Shown: positions 27,906 to 46,183 of the stretch, one piece after another
Layout: each line of letters begins with the position of its first letter
Position numbering within the stretch: position 1 is the first letter of the stretch
DNA from: the human T2T-CHM13v2.0 reference genome, Homo sapiens
NCBI RefSeq assembly: GCF_009914755.1
Contig: NC_060930.1
DNA length: 64,000 nt
Strand: one strand, 5' to 3'
The notes under the pieces: model-generated
The model's database searches: none
Seen by the model: only the letters and a program-made list of their open reading frames with translations
Told to the model about the DNA's origin: nothing
Made by a program: the position numbers and the translations under genes

Positions 27906-28390
27906 GCCCTCAAAAGAGTTAGTAGAAGTACTAGTAGTATTTGAAAGTTACTAGTTATATGGGAATGGAAGGGACAGAAATGTCTCCAAACGGACTCATC
28001 TCTAAGTGGTGAAATGCCAATGGCATTGCCAATGATATATCTTTTTCTCCTCCTTGCTAGAGTTTTTCTTCAGCTTTACTGCTCTGCAGTGTCCAAGTAT
28101 GGATTGTTTTTATTATATCTACAGTATTTAGTGTGCTACTTCAATAATGTCTTTCTTCAGTTCTGGAAAATTCTCAGCCTTATATCTTCAAATATTGCCT
28201 CTAACCCATTCTATTTTCTTTTTCTGGAACTCCTATTAAGAGAGGCTGATCCTAAACCCCTCTTATAATTTTCATATCATTATCTTTCTGGCTTTATTAT
28301 GTGAAATGGCCGATCTTCCAGTTTACCAATTTCTTCTCCATCTATTTCTATTCTACAGTTTAAATTTACCTGAGTTTATAATCTCAATGA

Positions 28391-28812
<422 letters not shown>

Positions 28813-30429
28813 TGCATTGCTTTAATTCTTTTGAACATAATTATTTTAGTCCCTTTGCTATTGTTCCATTATTTCCAATTCTTTTTTGTTGCACTCGATG
28901 ACTCTCCCTCATCATGCCTCCTTTGGTGGTTTTTAATTTAGGAATGTGAAGTCATCTTCATGAGGGCTGCCTTTTCTATGGGACTTCTATATGCTTAGCC
29001 CCTGTACAATGGCTTGATATCTGCTTTTGATATTTGCTTTTGTCAAAGCCAGGGCTTCAGAATGTTCAAAGATGTGGGAACAGCATTTAAATTCTCAGCT
29101 TGGAATGCCCACATCACATAGGTAGCATAAATTCAGAAAACATGTCCATCCATGGTGTAGGTTTTGGGCCTTGATTCCTCCCAGAAACATTTCCCCATTC
29201 AGGATCCTGGGGGATGGTAATCTTCCTTGTCGCTTCCCTGTTCTCCTTGACAAAATTTTTCTAGCTCCCTTTTCACTGAATTGGTGCGTATTCTAGTGCC
29301 TTGTTTTTATGTCTGTGTCTCACTTCCAGCCTTCTCTTTCATCTAGACCAGGACATCTCTTCAATCACTTGGGAGCATTCAACCTTCTGTTTTGGTCCTC
29401 AGGTGGGGCACTTTCTTGGCCTGTCAGGACCACTGGGGATTCCCCTTTCTTTGTTTTGACATAGGCTATTGTATTTTTTGTTGTTGTTACAGTTTATCTT
29501 AGTGTATATGTTTATCTACGCTTATCAAGGCTGTGCATATCTAGTGGGAGGGTTGATATCAGTTCAGTTAGCATCGTTACAGGAACAGGGAGTCTTGCTT
29601 TATTTTTTATTGCAAATTAATTCTGATCTGAGACATCACTTGCCAGGGGTCGTAAGATACCCAATGTCAGTCTTTAAATTAAAGATTTCCTTCTCTTTTC
29701 CATAGTTGCACAAGACTTGTCAGAGGCTTGCACAGTTTGGAAAACTTAGGCAAAGACCCTGGTACTCAATTGTGATCATCACTGTGATGTGAATTGCCCA
29801 TGTACATTGAGTCTATTTGAATAAATCTACATCCTTTGTGCCCAGTTTGGTTATAAGTATCTTTTACCTCAACTCCCAGGGTTATGGAGGTTGGTGTTCA
29901 TGTCTCCACCACTGAGAAGCTGAAGCACCTTCAGAGGCTGTACTGTATCTCCTGGTAAAGCCAGGCACAGATACCTGTAGTTTTTGGAACCTGCTACCTC
30001 CATCAGTCTCTAGGAAACTAATTACATTTTTTCAATCCTAAGGATCCACCTCTTGAGCAGAATGGTGAGGACATTTGAAATGTGTAGGTACATTTTTTGG
30101 TTATCTTAATGACTAGGGTATACTATTGTTATTTAGTGCCTAGAAACCAGGGATATCCAGTGAAGCTTTCCAGAAAGTCCACTGGAGACTTTTCTTTGAG
30201 AAACATTGTCTTTTCCATCCATATGTGAGATGGTCCAACTTAATCCTCTTGGAAAGACCATACTTAAAAAAGTTTTTACTTTTCCCCTAGGGAAGGTGTA
30301 ATGAGCTCAGACCTTTTTAAAAATACAATGTTAGGTTTCTCTTCCTGTGGTAGGGAGGGGAAAGGGATTACTTTATTCTACTTGGTAAATACTTATCTCA
30401 AAAACTCACCTTGAATTACAAATAATGAT

Positions 30430-30810
30430 GCAAAAACAAATTACAAACTGAGAAAAAAATACTCTCAATATATGACAGATAAAGGGCTAAATTTCTTTAA
30501 TATACAAAGATCTCTTACAAGTCAATAAGCAACAAATAGGCAAAAACCACTCACATCCAGATACTGAAATGAAAGATAATAGCCTATTGACATGAGTATA
30601 TTTAATATCTTCACAATTCAGAAAATGCAAATTAAACAATAAGGATATAATTTTCCTTGTGTCTGATTGACAAATTGAACAGGTTAACATTTAATATGGG
30701 GAAGGATGTGGGAAAACAAATATTTTGTTGGAACGTAAATGGAATTAACCCTTTTAGAGAGCAATTTGGCAAAATATATCAAAATTATAAATGTGTATTT
30801 CCATGTGTAA
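30430..30810 (+). mobile_element. L1ME-like ORF2 3' fragment
   Basis: GACAGATAAAGGGCTAA...AATGCAAATTAAACAA...GAGAGCAATTTGGCAAAATAT motifs. Confidence 0.65.
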
Positions 30811-31297
30811 CAATTTTATTTACACCATTTTCTATGAGTGCTTGAAAATATTAGTATATTCCAGGTAGAATCCCTAAGGGAAAAAAAAAACAAACCACTA
30901 GTACAATGAACTTAATTATCCCAAACGCTAGGGAAAATGGATATGGAATTTATGGTCTGAGCAAAGCATTCAATGCTTTTCTTCTTTTCATCCTAAGTTA
31001 TAGTTGGTTACTTCCAAATATAAAGGCTAAAGCTTTGGCATTACCATGTTTTCAGAGATTCAGAAATTCTTCTATTAAAGAAGATAATCTGTCTTGAATT
31101 TCTTCCAAAGATTTCTTTTTTTCAAGAGACATTATTTAAGGAAGATAGAATGAATGCAAGACAAAACAAGTTCCGCAAAACAAAACAAGCGTTCCGTTGT
31201 TGTATTAATGATGGTTATAGACATCGAGTTTCAGAGCCACGTTGATGAGTCCAGATTCTGGTCCTCAAATTTGTAAGTTTAAAAATTAAAATTTTAG

Positions 31298-31601
<304 letters not shown>

Positions 31602-32607
31602 TTACCAAGGGATGGTTAGGTACCAGGAAACCAACCATCTTTCAAGAGCCTTATATACATAAATCAGAATGCTAATTTATTAACCTGTAATAGGATATAT
31701 AGCAAGCATGATAACCAGATTTAAACTTGTCACAAAACACCTTCTCTTTCTTACAAATAGCAGACTCCTCCTTCTTGCCCTCTCCCTGTTCTTCTTCCCT
31801 GAATGTTTTCTTTTTGTTGTGCACATACAGTTAGGACACCAAATTGTAAGTCAGAAAGTTGTTGGGTGAGCACACAGTTAAAACAAATGGAATTGGATGC
31901 TTTTGGGATGGATTTCCAGCAAACTGAGAAGTACTAAGGAATTGTCCTTCCACATATTAGAGGTATTTCTTCCTAAAAAGCTGGCCACAGATCAAGAATC
32001 AGAATACTCTTTCTCTGGCTAGTACAGGAGAAATACTAGCAAAGATATATTTTCTAATTCTTCTTTCTCTAGTTTCCATGCAAACCATCATATTCCTCTG
32101 TATGAAATCATGTACCCACAGACATGTTGGAGTTTGGTCATAGCCTAGTTTGCATTTATGTTTTAAATTGATATCTCCAGCAAGAATTTCAGATATATTC
32201 TTGCCTTACTGAACTTTTGTCTCAGGGAAGTTTTCTGGGATGAGTTTCCATAAATGGGGTAATGTCAAGTATTTTATGTTGCTTCTTTCCCATTCCTGAA
32301 AGTAAGAATTATATTTTCATTTATTCATCCATCATACATTGAGTGCTGTAATTTGTCAAGCATTATGAGTGATACAAAGATACATAAAACATTGTTCCTG
32401 AATATATTTAATCTTTGGGTTTTATCTAGACTATGTACTATTTTAAAAATTAAACTAGCTTTTATAATTCTAAAAGTTACAACTTGCACTGGTAAAACTT
32501 CAACCTCTACACAAAATGCGTAAAATGATCACTAAATGTCTACCCTCTCCGTATGCACTTACCTGATGCCTGTTCCACTCCTAGGGGTAACATCTTGTTA
32601 ACAATGT

Positions 32608-32696
32608 CTTTCCTCCTTCCCTCCTCCCCCTCCCTCCCTCCCTCCCTCCTTCCCTTTCCTCCCTCCCTCCCTTCCTTCCTCCCTCCCTCCCTCCCT
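32608..32696. repeat. (CCCT/CCTT)n polypyrimidine tract at an Alu tail
   Basis: Pure C/T tract directly abutting an antisense AluJ. Confidence 0.9.
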
Positions 32697-33027
<331 letters not shown>

Positions 33028-33479
33028 TAGTGTGTACGAATAAATAGATATATGATTTTCTGCCAAATGCTACATACATCTATATGTGATAAGTAATTCT
33101 CAATTTGAAGGATAGACTAAATTTCTTTCAAACACAGACTTAGCTCTTTAGATGAAAAGTCATTAGGCAGGAATGGAGGTAAGGGCTGGTCTAAGGTCTC
33201 TTGGGTGTCTGGATTCACTGAATTTCAATGATGATACAGTAAAAAAAATTGTAAAAGAGCAAAAACAATTAAAAATAGATGTGTAGTTATATTTTTCTTC
33301 TTACATAGACCTAACTTATGAAACACAAAAGGGTATCTACTCCAAGTTGTGTTATTTTCAAATTTTCAATACTAGCTCATTTAGTATTGTCATTGCACTA
33401 GCATCACTGTTGGTATTCTCCAGCGTGTGAGATATTAATTAAACTCCTGTTTAGAAAAGTTGAAGATAACAGCTACTAA

Positions 33480-33842
<363 letters not shown>

Positions 33843-33896
33843 TGATGTGTTTTATTAATTTTTTGGAAATGACTGAAGTTTATCTGTAACAAATCA

Positions 33897-34193
<297 letters not shown>

Positions 34194-34200
34194 GTGAAAT

Positions 34201-34497
<297 letters not shown>

Positions 34498-34581
34498 GAA
34501 AAAAATGTTTAAATGTAGGACTGGATTAATGAAATTCAAAGACACTTGTGCTTCATGCAAACATAGTGTCACTTTAGCATC

Positions 34582-35125
34582 TGTGATAGGCAAGATAATG
34601 CCCCAATCTCTTCTACCACCCCAAAGTTGTCCACATCTTATCCTTGAAACCTGTGATTATGTATGTACCTTGCATGGCAAAAAGGACTTTGCAGATGTGG
34701 TTAAGAATTGTGAGATGGGGAGATTGTGCTGGATTATCCAAGTGGGCCCAGTGCAAGCATAAGGAGTCTTTATAAGAGGGAAGCAGGAGGGTCAGAGCCA
34801 AAAAAGTAGATGTGACACAGAAGCAGAGGTCAGAAAGAGGGGTGGAGAAGAGAGAGAGATTTGAAGATGTTGTGCTGCTGGCTTTCAAGATGGAGAAGGG
34901 GGCTACAAGTCAAGGAATGCAAGTGGCCTCCAGAAGTTGGAAGAGCCAAGCACAAGGATTCTCCTCTAGAGCCTCCAGAAAGAACCAACCCTACTTCCAC
35001 TTTGATTTTAGCCCAGAGAGACTGATTTTGGACTTCTGACCTCTAGAATGAAAAAGTAATTAATTTGTGTTGTCTTAGAGCACTACGTTTGTAGTAATAG
35101 TTATAGCAACAATAGGAGACTATAT
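34582..35125 (+). mobile_element. MLT1 (MLT1D-like) MaLR LTR
   Basis: CATGGCAAAAAGGACTTTGCAGATGTG...CTAGAGCCTCCAGAAAGAAC...GACTTCTGACCTC. Confidence 0.85.
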
Positions 35126-35429
35126 CGTAAGCTGAATTTAGTATGTCTCCTACTATAAAATCTACCTTTTTCCTTGCTTCACTGACTTGGTGAGTCCACC
35201 TAATTCTGATGCCTAAAGTCAGATACCTGGGAGTCATTCTTGACACTACTGTCACCATTCATGTCCAAATCTGACCTGTCATTCTTCCTTCCCTGTAGCT
35301 CACTGGTCCATGTTCTCTTCACTCACCTAGACAAGTGTGTAATAGCTTCCCAATTCATTATTATTATTATTATTATTTGCCTCTAGCCTCCACCTTTTAT
35401 TCATTCTACACTTTGTTCCCAGAATGATC

Positions 35430-36947
35430 TTTTTTTTTCTTTTTATTATTATTATACTTTAAGTTCTAGGGTACATGTGCACAACGTGCAGGTTTGTTAC
35501 ATATGTATACATGTGCCATGTTAGTGTGCTGCACCCATTAACTCGTCATTTACATTAGGTATATCTCCTAATGCTATCCCTCCCCTCTCCCCCCACCCCA
35601 CAACAGGCCCTGGTGTGTGATGTTCCCCTTCCTGTGTCCAGGTGTTCTCATTGTTCAATTCCCACCTATGAGTGAGAACATGCGGTGTTTGGTTTTTTGT
35701 CCTTGTGATAGTTTGCTGAGAATGATGGTTTCCAGCTTCATCCATGTCTCTACAAAGGACATGAACTCATCCTTTTTTATGGCTGCATAGTTTTCCATGT
35801 TGTATATGTGCCACATTTTCTTAATCCAGTCTATCATTGATGGACATTTGGGTTGGTTCCAAGTCTTTGCTATTGTGAATAGTGCCGCAATGAACATACT
35901 TGTGCATGTGTCCTTATAACAGCATGATTTATAATCCTTTGGGTAAATACCAGTAATGGGATGGCTGGGTCAAAAGGTATTTCTAGTTCTAGATCCTTGA
36001 GGAATCGCCACACTATCTTCCACAATGGTTGAACTAGTTTACACTCCCACCAACAGTGTAAAAGTGTTCCTATTTCTCCACATCCTCTCCAGCACCTGTT
36101 GTTTCCTGACTTTTTAATGATTGCCATTCTAACTGGTGTGAGATAGTATCTCATTGTGGTTTTGATTTGCATTTCTCTGATGGCCAGTGATGATGAGCAT
36201 TTTCTCATGTGTCTGTTGGCTGCATAAATGTCTTCTTTTGAGAAGTGTCTGTTCATATCCTTTGCCCACTTCTTGATGTGGTTCTTTGTTTTTTTCTTGT
36301 AAATTTGTTTGAGTTCATTGTAGATTCTGGATATTAGCCCTTTGTCAGATGGGTAGATTGCAAAAATTTTCTCCCATTCTGTGGGTTGCCTGTTCACTCT
36401 GATGGTAGTTTCTTTTGCTGTGCAGAAGCTCTTTAGTTTAATTAGATCCCATTTTTCAATTTTGGCTTTTGTTGCCATTGCTTTTGGTGTTTTAGACGTG
36501 AAGTCCTTGACCATGCCTATGTCCTGAATGGTATTGCCTAGGTTTTCTTCTAGGGTTTTTATGGTTTTAGGTCTAACATGTAAGTCTTTAATCCACCTTG
36601 AATTAATTTTTGTATAAGGTGTAAGGAAGGGATCCAGTTTCAGCTTTCTACATATGGCTAGCCAGTTTTCCCAGCACCATTTATTAAATAGGGAATCCTT
36701 TCCCCATTTCTTGTTTTTCTCAGGTTTGTCAAAGATCAGATAGTTGCAGATGTGTGGTATTATTTCTGAGGGCTCTGTTCTGTTCCATTGGTCTATATCT
36801 CTGTTTTTGTACCAGTACCATGCTGTTTTGGTTACTATAGCCTTGTGGTATAGTTTGAAATCAGGTAGCGTGATGCCTCCAGCTTTGTTCTTTTGGCTTA
36901 GGATTGACTTGGCGATGCAGGCTCTTTTTTCTTTCCATATGAACTTT
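35430..36947 (-). mobile_element. L1PA (about PA4-PA6) 3' segment: ORF2 C-terminus, 3'UTR, poly-A
   Basis: ORFs 35870-36994 and 35655-35897 translate to the ORF2p C-terminus ([19 protein letters not shown]...FSLIGGN) with one frameshift; canonical L1PA 3'UTR. Confidence 0.97.
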
Positions 36948-36949
36948 GG

Positions 36950-37879
<930 letters not shown>

Positions 37880-37994
37880 TAACAGCCTTGAATAACTCTT
37901 CTTTGACATATTATTGTCAAGCTCCTTAGTATGACCTTGCCTTTGTCGTGCTGTCTAGTCACACGTCTCTCTATATCCCACAATGTATTCCCTG

Positions 37995-38312
37995 TTTTTC
38001 TTTTTTATTTTTTTATTTTTTTTTTATTTTGAGACAAGGTCTCACTCTGTCGTCCAGGCTGGAGTACAGTGGCATGATCTCAGCCCACTGCAACTTCTGC
38101 CTCCTGAGTTCAAGCGATTCTCCTGCCTCCACATTCTGAGTAGCTGGGACTACAGGCACGCACCACCATACCCGGCTAATTTTTGTATTTTTAGTAGAGA
38201 TGGGGTTTCACCATGTTGGCCAGACTGGTCTCGAACTCCTGACCTCAGGTGATCAGCCTGACTTGGCCTCCCAAAGTGCTAGGATTACAGGTGTGAGCCA
38301 CCATGGCTGGCG
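37995..38312 (-). mobile_element. AluS
   Basis: Antisense dimer. Confidence 0.93.
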
Positions 38313-38474
38313 TGTTCCTCTTATTCTGCTACATTGAATTTGTTATAGTTCCCAATACGTATCATGCTATTTAATGTCTCTGTACCTTTGAAAATGCTGT
38401 TTTCTTTCCTGGCATTTTTTTCTCCTCTCCTTCTAGTTTTACCACTTCTTTTATATTTTGTAAGAATTTGTTTA

Positions 38475-38775
38475 GGCCATGTGTAGTGATGCATGCCTAT
38501 AATTTCAGCACTTTGGGAGGCAAAGGGGGATGGATCACTTGAGTTCAGGAATTGGAGACCAGCCTGGGCAACATGGCGAGACCCCAAATCCCATCTCTAC
38601 AAAAAATACAAAAATTAGCAGGGTGTGGTGGCGCATGCCTGTATTCTCAGCTACTCGGGAGGCTCAGGTTGGGGGAGGATCACCTGAGCCTGGGGAGGTC
38701 GAGGCTGCATTGAGCCAAGATTGCGCCACTTCACTCCAGCCTGAGCGACAGAGCAAAACCTTGTCTCCAAAAAAA
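38475..38775 (+). mobile_element. AluJ
   Basis: Dimer; TSD AATTTGTTTA. Confidence 0.9.
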
Positions 38776-39078
38776 TTTGTTTAAATGCCACCATCCACAA
38801 GGAGCCCTCCCTTAAGTGCCTTCCCCTGTTTTCTTCTAGTGCCATGATTATATTTATATCATACTGCTTCTTAATCTGCAATGTGAATTTTGGGCTGCTT
38901 CAAATAACTAATATTTTTGAGCACCTACAATGTTATGCACCATGCTAACTCTAACTCATAAAATAGTAATCAAAAAAGACATAGTTCTTGCCCTCATACA
39001 GCTCAGAGACTGTAGGGAGGACAGATATTAAGAACATAATTATAAGTACTCCAAAGAAGAGATATAAATTATATATAG

Positions 39079-39427
<349 letters not shown>

Positions 39428-39834
39428 AGGGTCAAGAATCTTTAGGCTCAGACATTTCTGTCTCCCCAGTAGACCACGAGCAGCTTGCATTCAGGGAGGA
39501 GACTATGTTGGTCCTAATGGGAAGCTACGGGGGAAGATAAAATGAAAGAGTACACAAAGAAAGAGGAATACTCAGGACCCAGGAAACAGGAGACCAGCAC
39601 AGGTGAGAGGTAGAGAGAAGTCCCAGGACAGCAGCTGTGTGTGACAGAGAAAGCCACAAGTCCTGATTGGTAGAAGAGGTAGAAGACTCCTGAATGGCTG
39701 TCTCCAAGGAGAGATAATTGATAGAATACATAACATGTTTGAAAAACATGTTGAGTAAAGACTTACATTTCTAGAATACAGTATACGGTAAATTAATATA
39801 AGATAGAAAACTAAGCAAATAACAAAAATACTAA

Positions 39835-40457
<623 letters not shown>

Positions 40458-40697
40458 GCAGATTCTCCTCTTCATGATAGGAAGTTGATAGATGTGTAAA
40501 ACTGAAAACTTTTTCAGGAAACTGCTGAAGGAATGGCAAGCAGAAAAAAAAAAACTTTAAAAAATAGCAGTATTAGCAAGGATAGAAATGGCTGTAAATA
40601 CCAAAAGAAACCGAAAAAAGTGTTGAAAGTCTTTGGAAACAAGAATTGGGGGGAGGGGGAGGAGTATGGAATTACTAGATTACTGTTTTAATACTAA

Positions 40698-41001
<304 letters not shown>

Positions 41002-42424
41002 AGAACCATTTAATTTTTTAAACTATGAATATGTAAATAGATAAAGACATTACATTAAAATTTTCTGTGTCAACTGTAAAGTGACTGATAAAGGCTCACT
41101 ATTATTAATAATATTAACAATAATAAGTTGTTTCTTCAGTTAGTTTCGTACAATGTTCTGGTACAAGGTAATGAGATCACACATCAATATCTGGAACACA
41201 GCTTGGCATACAGTAAATGCTCAGTAAATAATTCTTTCTTTCTTCCAGTATCTTTAAATAAAAATACCTAAAAACTTCCTTCATGTTAAAACACATTAAA
41301 AGCAATAAAGCATTAAAAATTTCCTGCCAATAAAATGTAGATTTACATTTATTTTGTGTTTGAAAATTGCTTTTAAATAAATAAAACAGAAAACAGTGAG
41401 CCATTTTGATTTTTTTAATCTACTAACAATGTTTTGTGAGGGAATTATTGTAATTTAAATTAGGTTATTTTTAAGAACAATAATTTAATACTAAAAAATT
41501 ATGTTTTGTGGCTAAAAAATGGAAATAAAATAACTTACAATTGACTTAAATTGTGTCATGTTTTTCCAAACCAATATGATGGTTACCAAATCAGAAGGAA
41601 AAACATGTTAATCATAGTGTAAGCTTTTTTCCTAATATGGTATAAACAATTTTAAAGTTCTTACTGTATGACGTCTCAGGGTGTGTATTTACTTAACTCT
41701 CAGAGGAAGATTAGTAACATATCATGTGCCTCTTTTTCTCTTTTTTTAAACCAGTGTTGCTATCTGGGCTTTATTTGGAGCCTTGAAAAGTCCAGGCTCC
41801 TTACATTATAATTAGGCAATGATGTAATCTGATCTGGATTTGTATCTGAGGTAATCACAGGCAGTTTCACAGTGATGTTTGCCTTGAGTTTTGTGCTTCA
41901 GGAGTAAATTTTCATGGAAAAGAAGAATTTTCTAGAAATTCTGTTTTAAATATCTTTTGTGAATTTCACAGATGTTCTCAAACAATGTAGTATTACTTGT
42001 TCCATAAACCCATGTTCTCCAATTCGATATCAACTATCAATATCATCTACCAAGGTCAGCCACCTATGAAGGATAAGTGGTTCTTAGAAGGTTCCTAATG
42101 TTCAATCTGCTCTCATTTGCAATCTATAATTCTTCATTCACATCTTCACACATTCTGAATGTTAATATTGCATAGCCTCTTAGAATGCAAATGGCAAAAA
42201 CATACAAATGATGATGGTCATTCACTACCTAACCCTTTCCCCTCAATAACTGCCTGGTATCAGGAAAAGGGAGCTTTAATGGGGAAAGAAGAAGGATAAG
42301 GAGTGTTTGTGTGCTACTGATGGTTGGTGGCTATTGAAAGCCTGAGTTCAGAATGGGAGGCTGTGTACATATGAGAAAGGGGGAAGAAAGATGAGGAAAG
42401 GAATGATGTTGGTCCCTAAGATAA

Positions 42425-42883
<459 letters not shown>

Positions 42884-42957
42884 TGAAAGTAGCTTCTGAC
42901 TTCTATGTAATTCAAAGGGCCTAATTATGCATTCTATGCTGTAGCTTTAATTATACC

Positions 42958-43407
42958 TGTTAAAGTATACCCCTGGCTGACAGATAGAATGGACTCCTCA
43001 TGGCTGAGGTGCTCAAAAACAGAACTATGCAGCCATAGCTGGACGAGGAAGCAGTCACATATTCTGTTCTCAGAAAGATGTAGAAGTATCACTGGATCTC
43101 CCTTTCTGCAATCAAGCCTGTGACGTCTGAGTTTGGGCTTGGAAAACGACCAATCAGAGCTCACCTACCGCAGCCAATCAGAAACCAGCCATATTGACCG
43201 ATCAGAACTTAGCTGCACCAACCAATCAGAACTAAGCAAGTTTGAATCCTTTATTTGCCGGAAGCTGGGCAGGAACTTGAACCCTCTCTTTGTTTAACGA
43301 AATGCACCTTCATTTTGCACCAAAGGCTGTATCTCCCAGTTTGCAAACTGTTCACTGGAATAAAGTCTCTTTCTTCCAAATTCCTTTTCAGAGAACTTTT
43401 GTTCACA
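42958..43407 (+). mobile_element. ERV solo LTR (MER4-group-like) with CCAAT array
   Basis: TGTTAAAG...TTGTTCACA ends, AATAAA ~43359; TSD not resolved. Confidence 0.75.
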
Positions 43408-43507
43408 TAAGAAAAAATTAATTTTAAAATTGTCTTCCTCATTAAAAATTGGTTCAGCTAAGGCTTTATATGAAAATAGTGTTCTTTTCCATTGAATACA
43501 ATTTTGT

Positions 43508-43785
43508 TGGCTGGGCGCGGTGGCTTACACCTGTAATCCTAGCACTTTGGGAGGCCAGGGCAGGTGGATCACCTGAAGTCGGGAGTTCGAGACCAGCCTG
43601 AACAACATGGATTAAACCCCGTGTCCACTAAAAATACAAAATTAGCTGGGCGTGGTGGCGCATGCCTGTAATCCCAGCTACTCTGGAGGCTGAGGCAGGA
43701 GAATCGCTTGAACCCGAGTGGCAGGGGTTGAGGTGAGCCCAGCCTGGGTGATAAGAGCGAAACTCCATCTCAAAAAAAAAAAAAA
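43508..43785 (+). mobile_element. AluS with right-arm deletion
   Basis: Dimer plus poly-A. Confidence 0.92.
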
Positions 43786-45836
43786 TTGCTTAATTTCTGT
43801 TTTCATGCCTGTGGGTATTTGCCCTGCAACACTGCAGCAGTTTTCAAAACCAAAGTTTCTGAACTCCTTGAGGAATTCTAAAAACTCCCTGAAACGTTTT
43901 ATTGCCATGTCTCTATGCTTTTATTTCGTATTAATTATGGAACACGTTTGCTAAGTCACTTCCTGAGCATAGGCAGCTCCTCTCACTCTGCTCAGGTCAG
44001 TGAGTTAGTTGATATGTGTGCAGATGCCTCAGGTACAGGCTGCAGGGATGGCTCCCGGCAGGGAAGAACTGCCCTTCCTCCACGAGTCCCAGCACTGCCC
44101 TACATTGAGGCCTTCCTCTCTCCACTGTTTCTGCTGCTGCATTTGCCCCCACCAGTCTAGGCTTAGGTGCAGGCCTACCCACCTTGGAGCCCTATGGTGC
44201 CCAGGATGGTCCCAAGGCATGTTACCAGGCCAGGTCACCAGGATGCCGGGTTGCTTGATGACTTCCATGCTGCTGTTGAGCATGCGCCATCGTCCTATCA
44301 TATTAAGCTAAAAACACAAGATCAAAGATAAAATTGTTAATTATTCCAAGATAGTGTAGGTCTTTCTGAGTGCAAGGCTGTGCATGAAGCTCATACACCC
44401 ATGATGCATCACCTGCCTACCTCTTACATGCTTTATGGGTTAGTTATATTTGCCATCACTGGAGGTGCCAGTAAACTCGCAAGGTAGCCTTTGTGTGAGG
44501 TTTGGTAACCAAATTGCCAAGTTAGCTCAGGGAACTGCAACTCATGTCCACCTTTCATCCACTTAGGCCTTGCTGTCTTCCCTCTTTCAGGTTTCAGTTT
44601 TGTAGATTTTGAGCCTAGATTCTCTTTCTCCATCTCTTAGAGGACAACCTAAGATAGCATTTTGATAGTCTAAGCTCCTGGTCTGGTGTAACTGCTTCCA
44701 CTCAGAAATACTTCCTCTTCTCTGGAAAGGAAGGGATCAAACAATAGCTCAGTAAGAACATAATTATCAGATCAGGAGTGCCTGCAGATGTAAAGGTTCT
44801 GATGCCAGAATATGGAGGTGGAGGGAGTGGTCTTGGGATAGTGCAGGGGATGGGGTTTGGGGCATGAGAGTGCACTTGGATTACCTGATTATAAATGGCA
44901 GCACAATGAATTTTTAATATAAAGTTACAGCTTTAAAATTATTGAGAAAGATTAGTTGATTGGTGTCACTCTAGTCATAGAAAACATACAAATCTAATTC
45001 TGATTTTGTGCCAACAGACTATTATTTTTGTGCTTGCACACTTATTGTATCACATGCATCTCTATCCATCCATTTATCCACATATCTACAAATCATATAT
45101 CTCAACACTGTAAAAAACTCCAGTTCCTTATAAATTACTATTTTATTTTCTCTTATTCTAAGCTTCCTTCCTGTAACTTATTTAATTGTTAACAAAATGT
45201 GTTATAGAAACCTGTGTTACTTGTTCTGCAGCCCATTTACGGGGGAGAAGATATTATGTTTCCTTGGTCTATGTTTCAAAGGTATCAACTCTCTTTGTTC
45301 CTGTATAACTACTTACATTTGAAGTGAAAAACTCCCAGAGGCCAACAGAAAATGGCTATGAAACTAGAAAGAATACTATTCTACCTACGCTAGTATATAA
45401 GTTTCCTAAGATGTTAGTGAAATACAGCTGGAGAAGTGCTTCAGTTTGGCTCAGTTTTGTTTTGGCCCAACTCTTACCAATAGCTCCTCTCCAATCTCCA
45501 GGAGATACGCCGTCCTATCGGTGATGGGGGAGGAGCAGGAGTGAAAGACAGGATGGTGTTGCAACAATTCAAAACCCCAGAGCGCACAGTTACCCCCAAT
45601 GCACTAATCAGGGTGTAGGTACTATAACTTACTAAGCCTGTTTAATAAATCCATGCCTGTACTCAGGTGAATGGGGAATGGTGAGAGAAGAGAGAACACT
45701 GTGATAACCAACCAGCTCGAACAGGGAGGGGCAGCCAGCCCACCGTTGCAAGGAGAGCTGGGCAGATGTCTATCAAGATAACCATTTCTGCTGCCTGCTG
45801 ATTCTCTCACCTGCCAGTTTCTGCATCTGCCCATAG

Positions 45837-46183
<347 letters not shown>

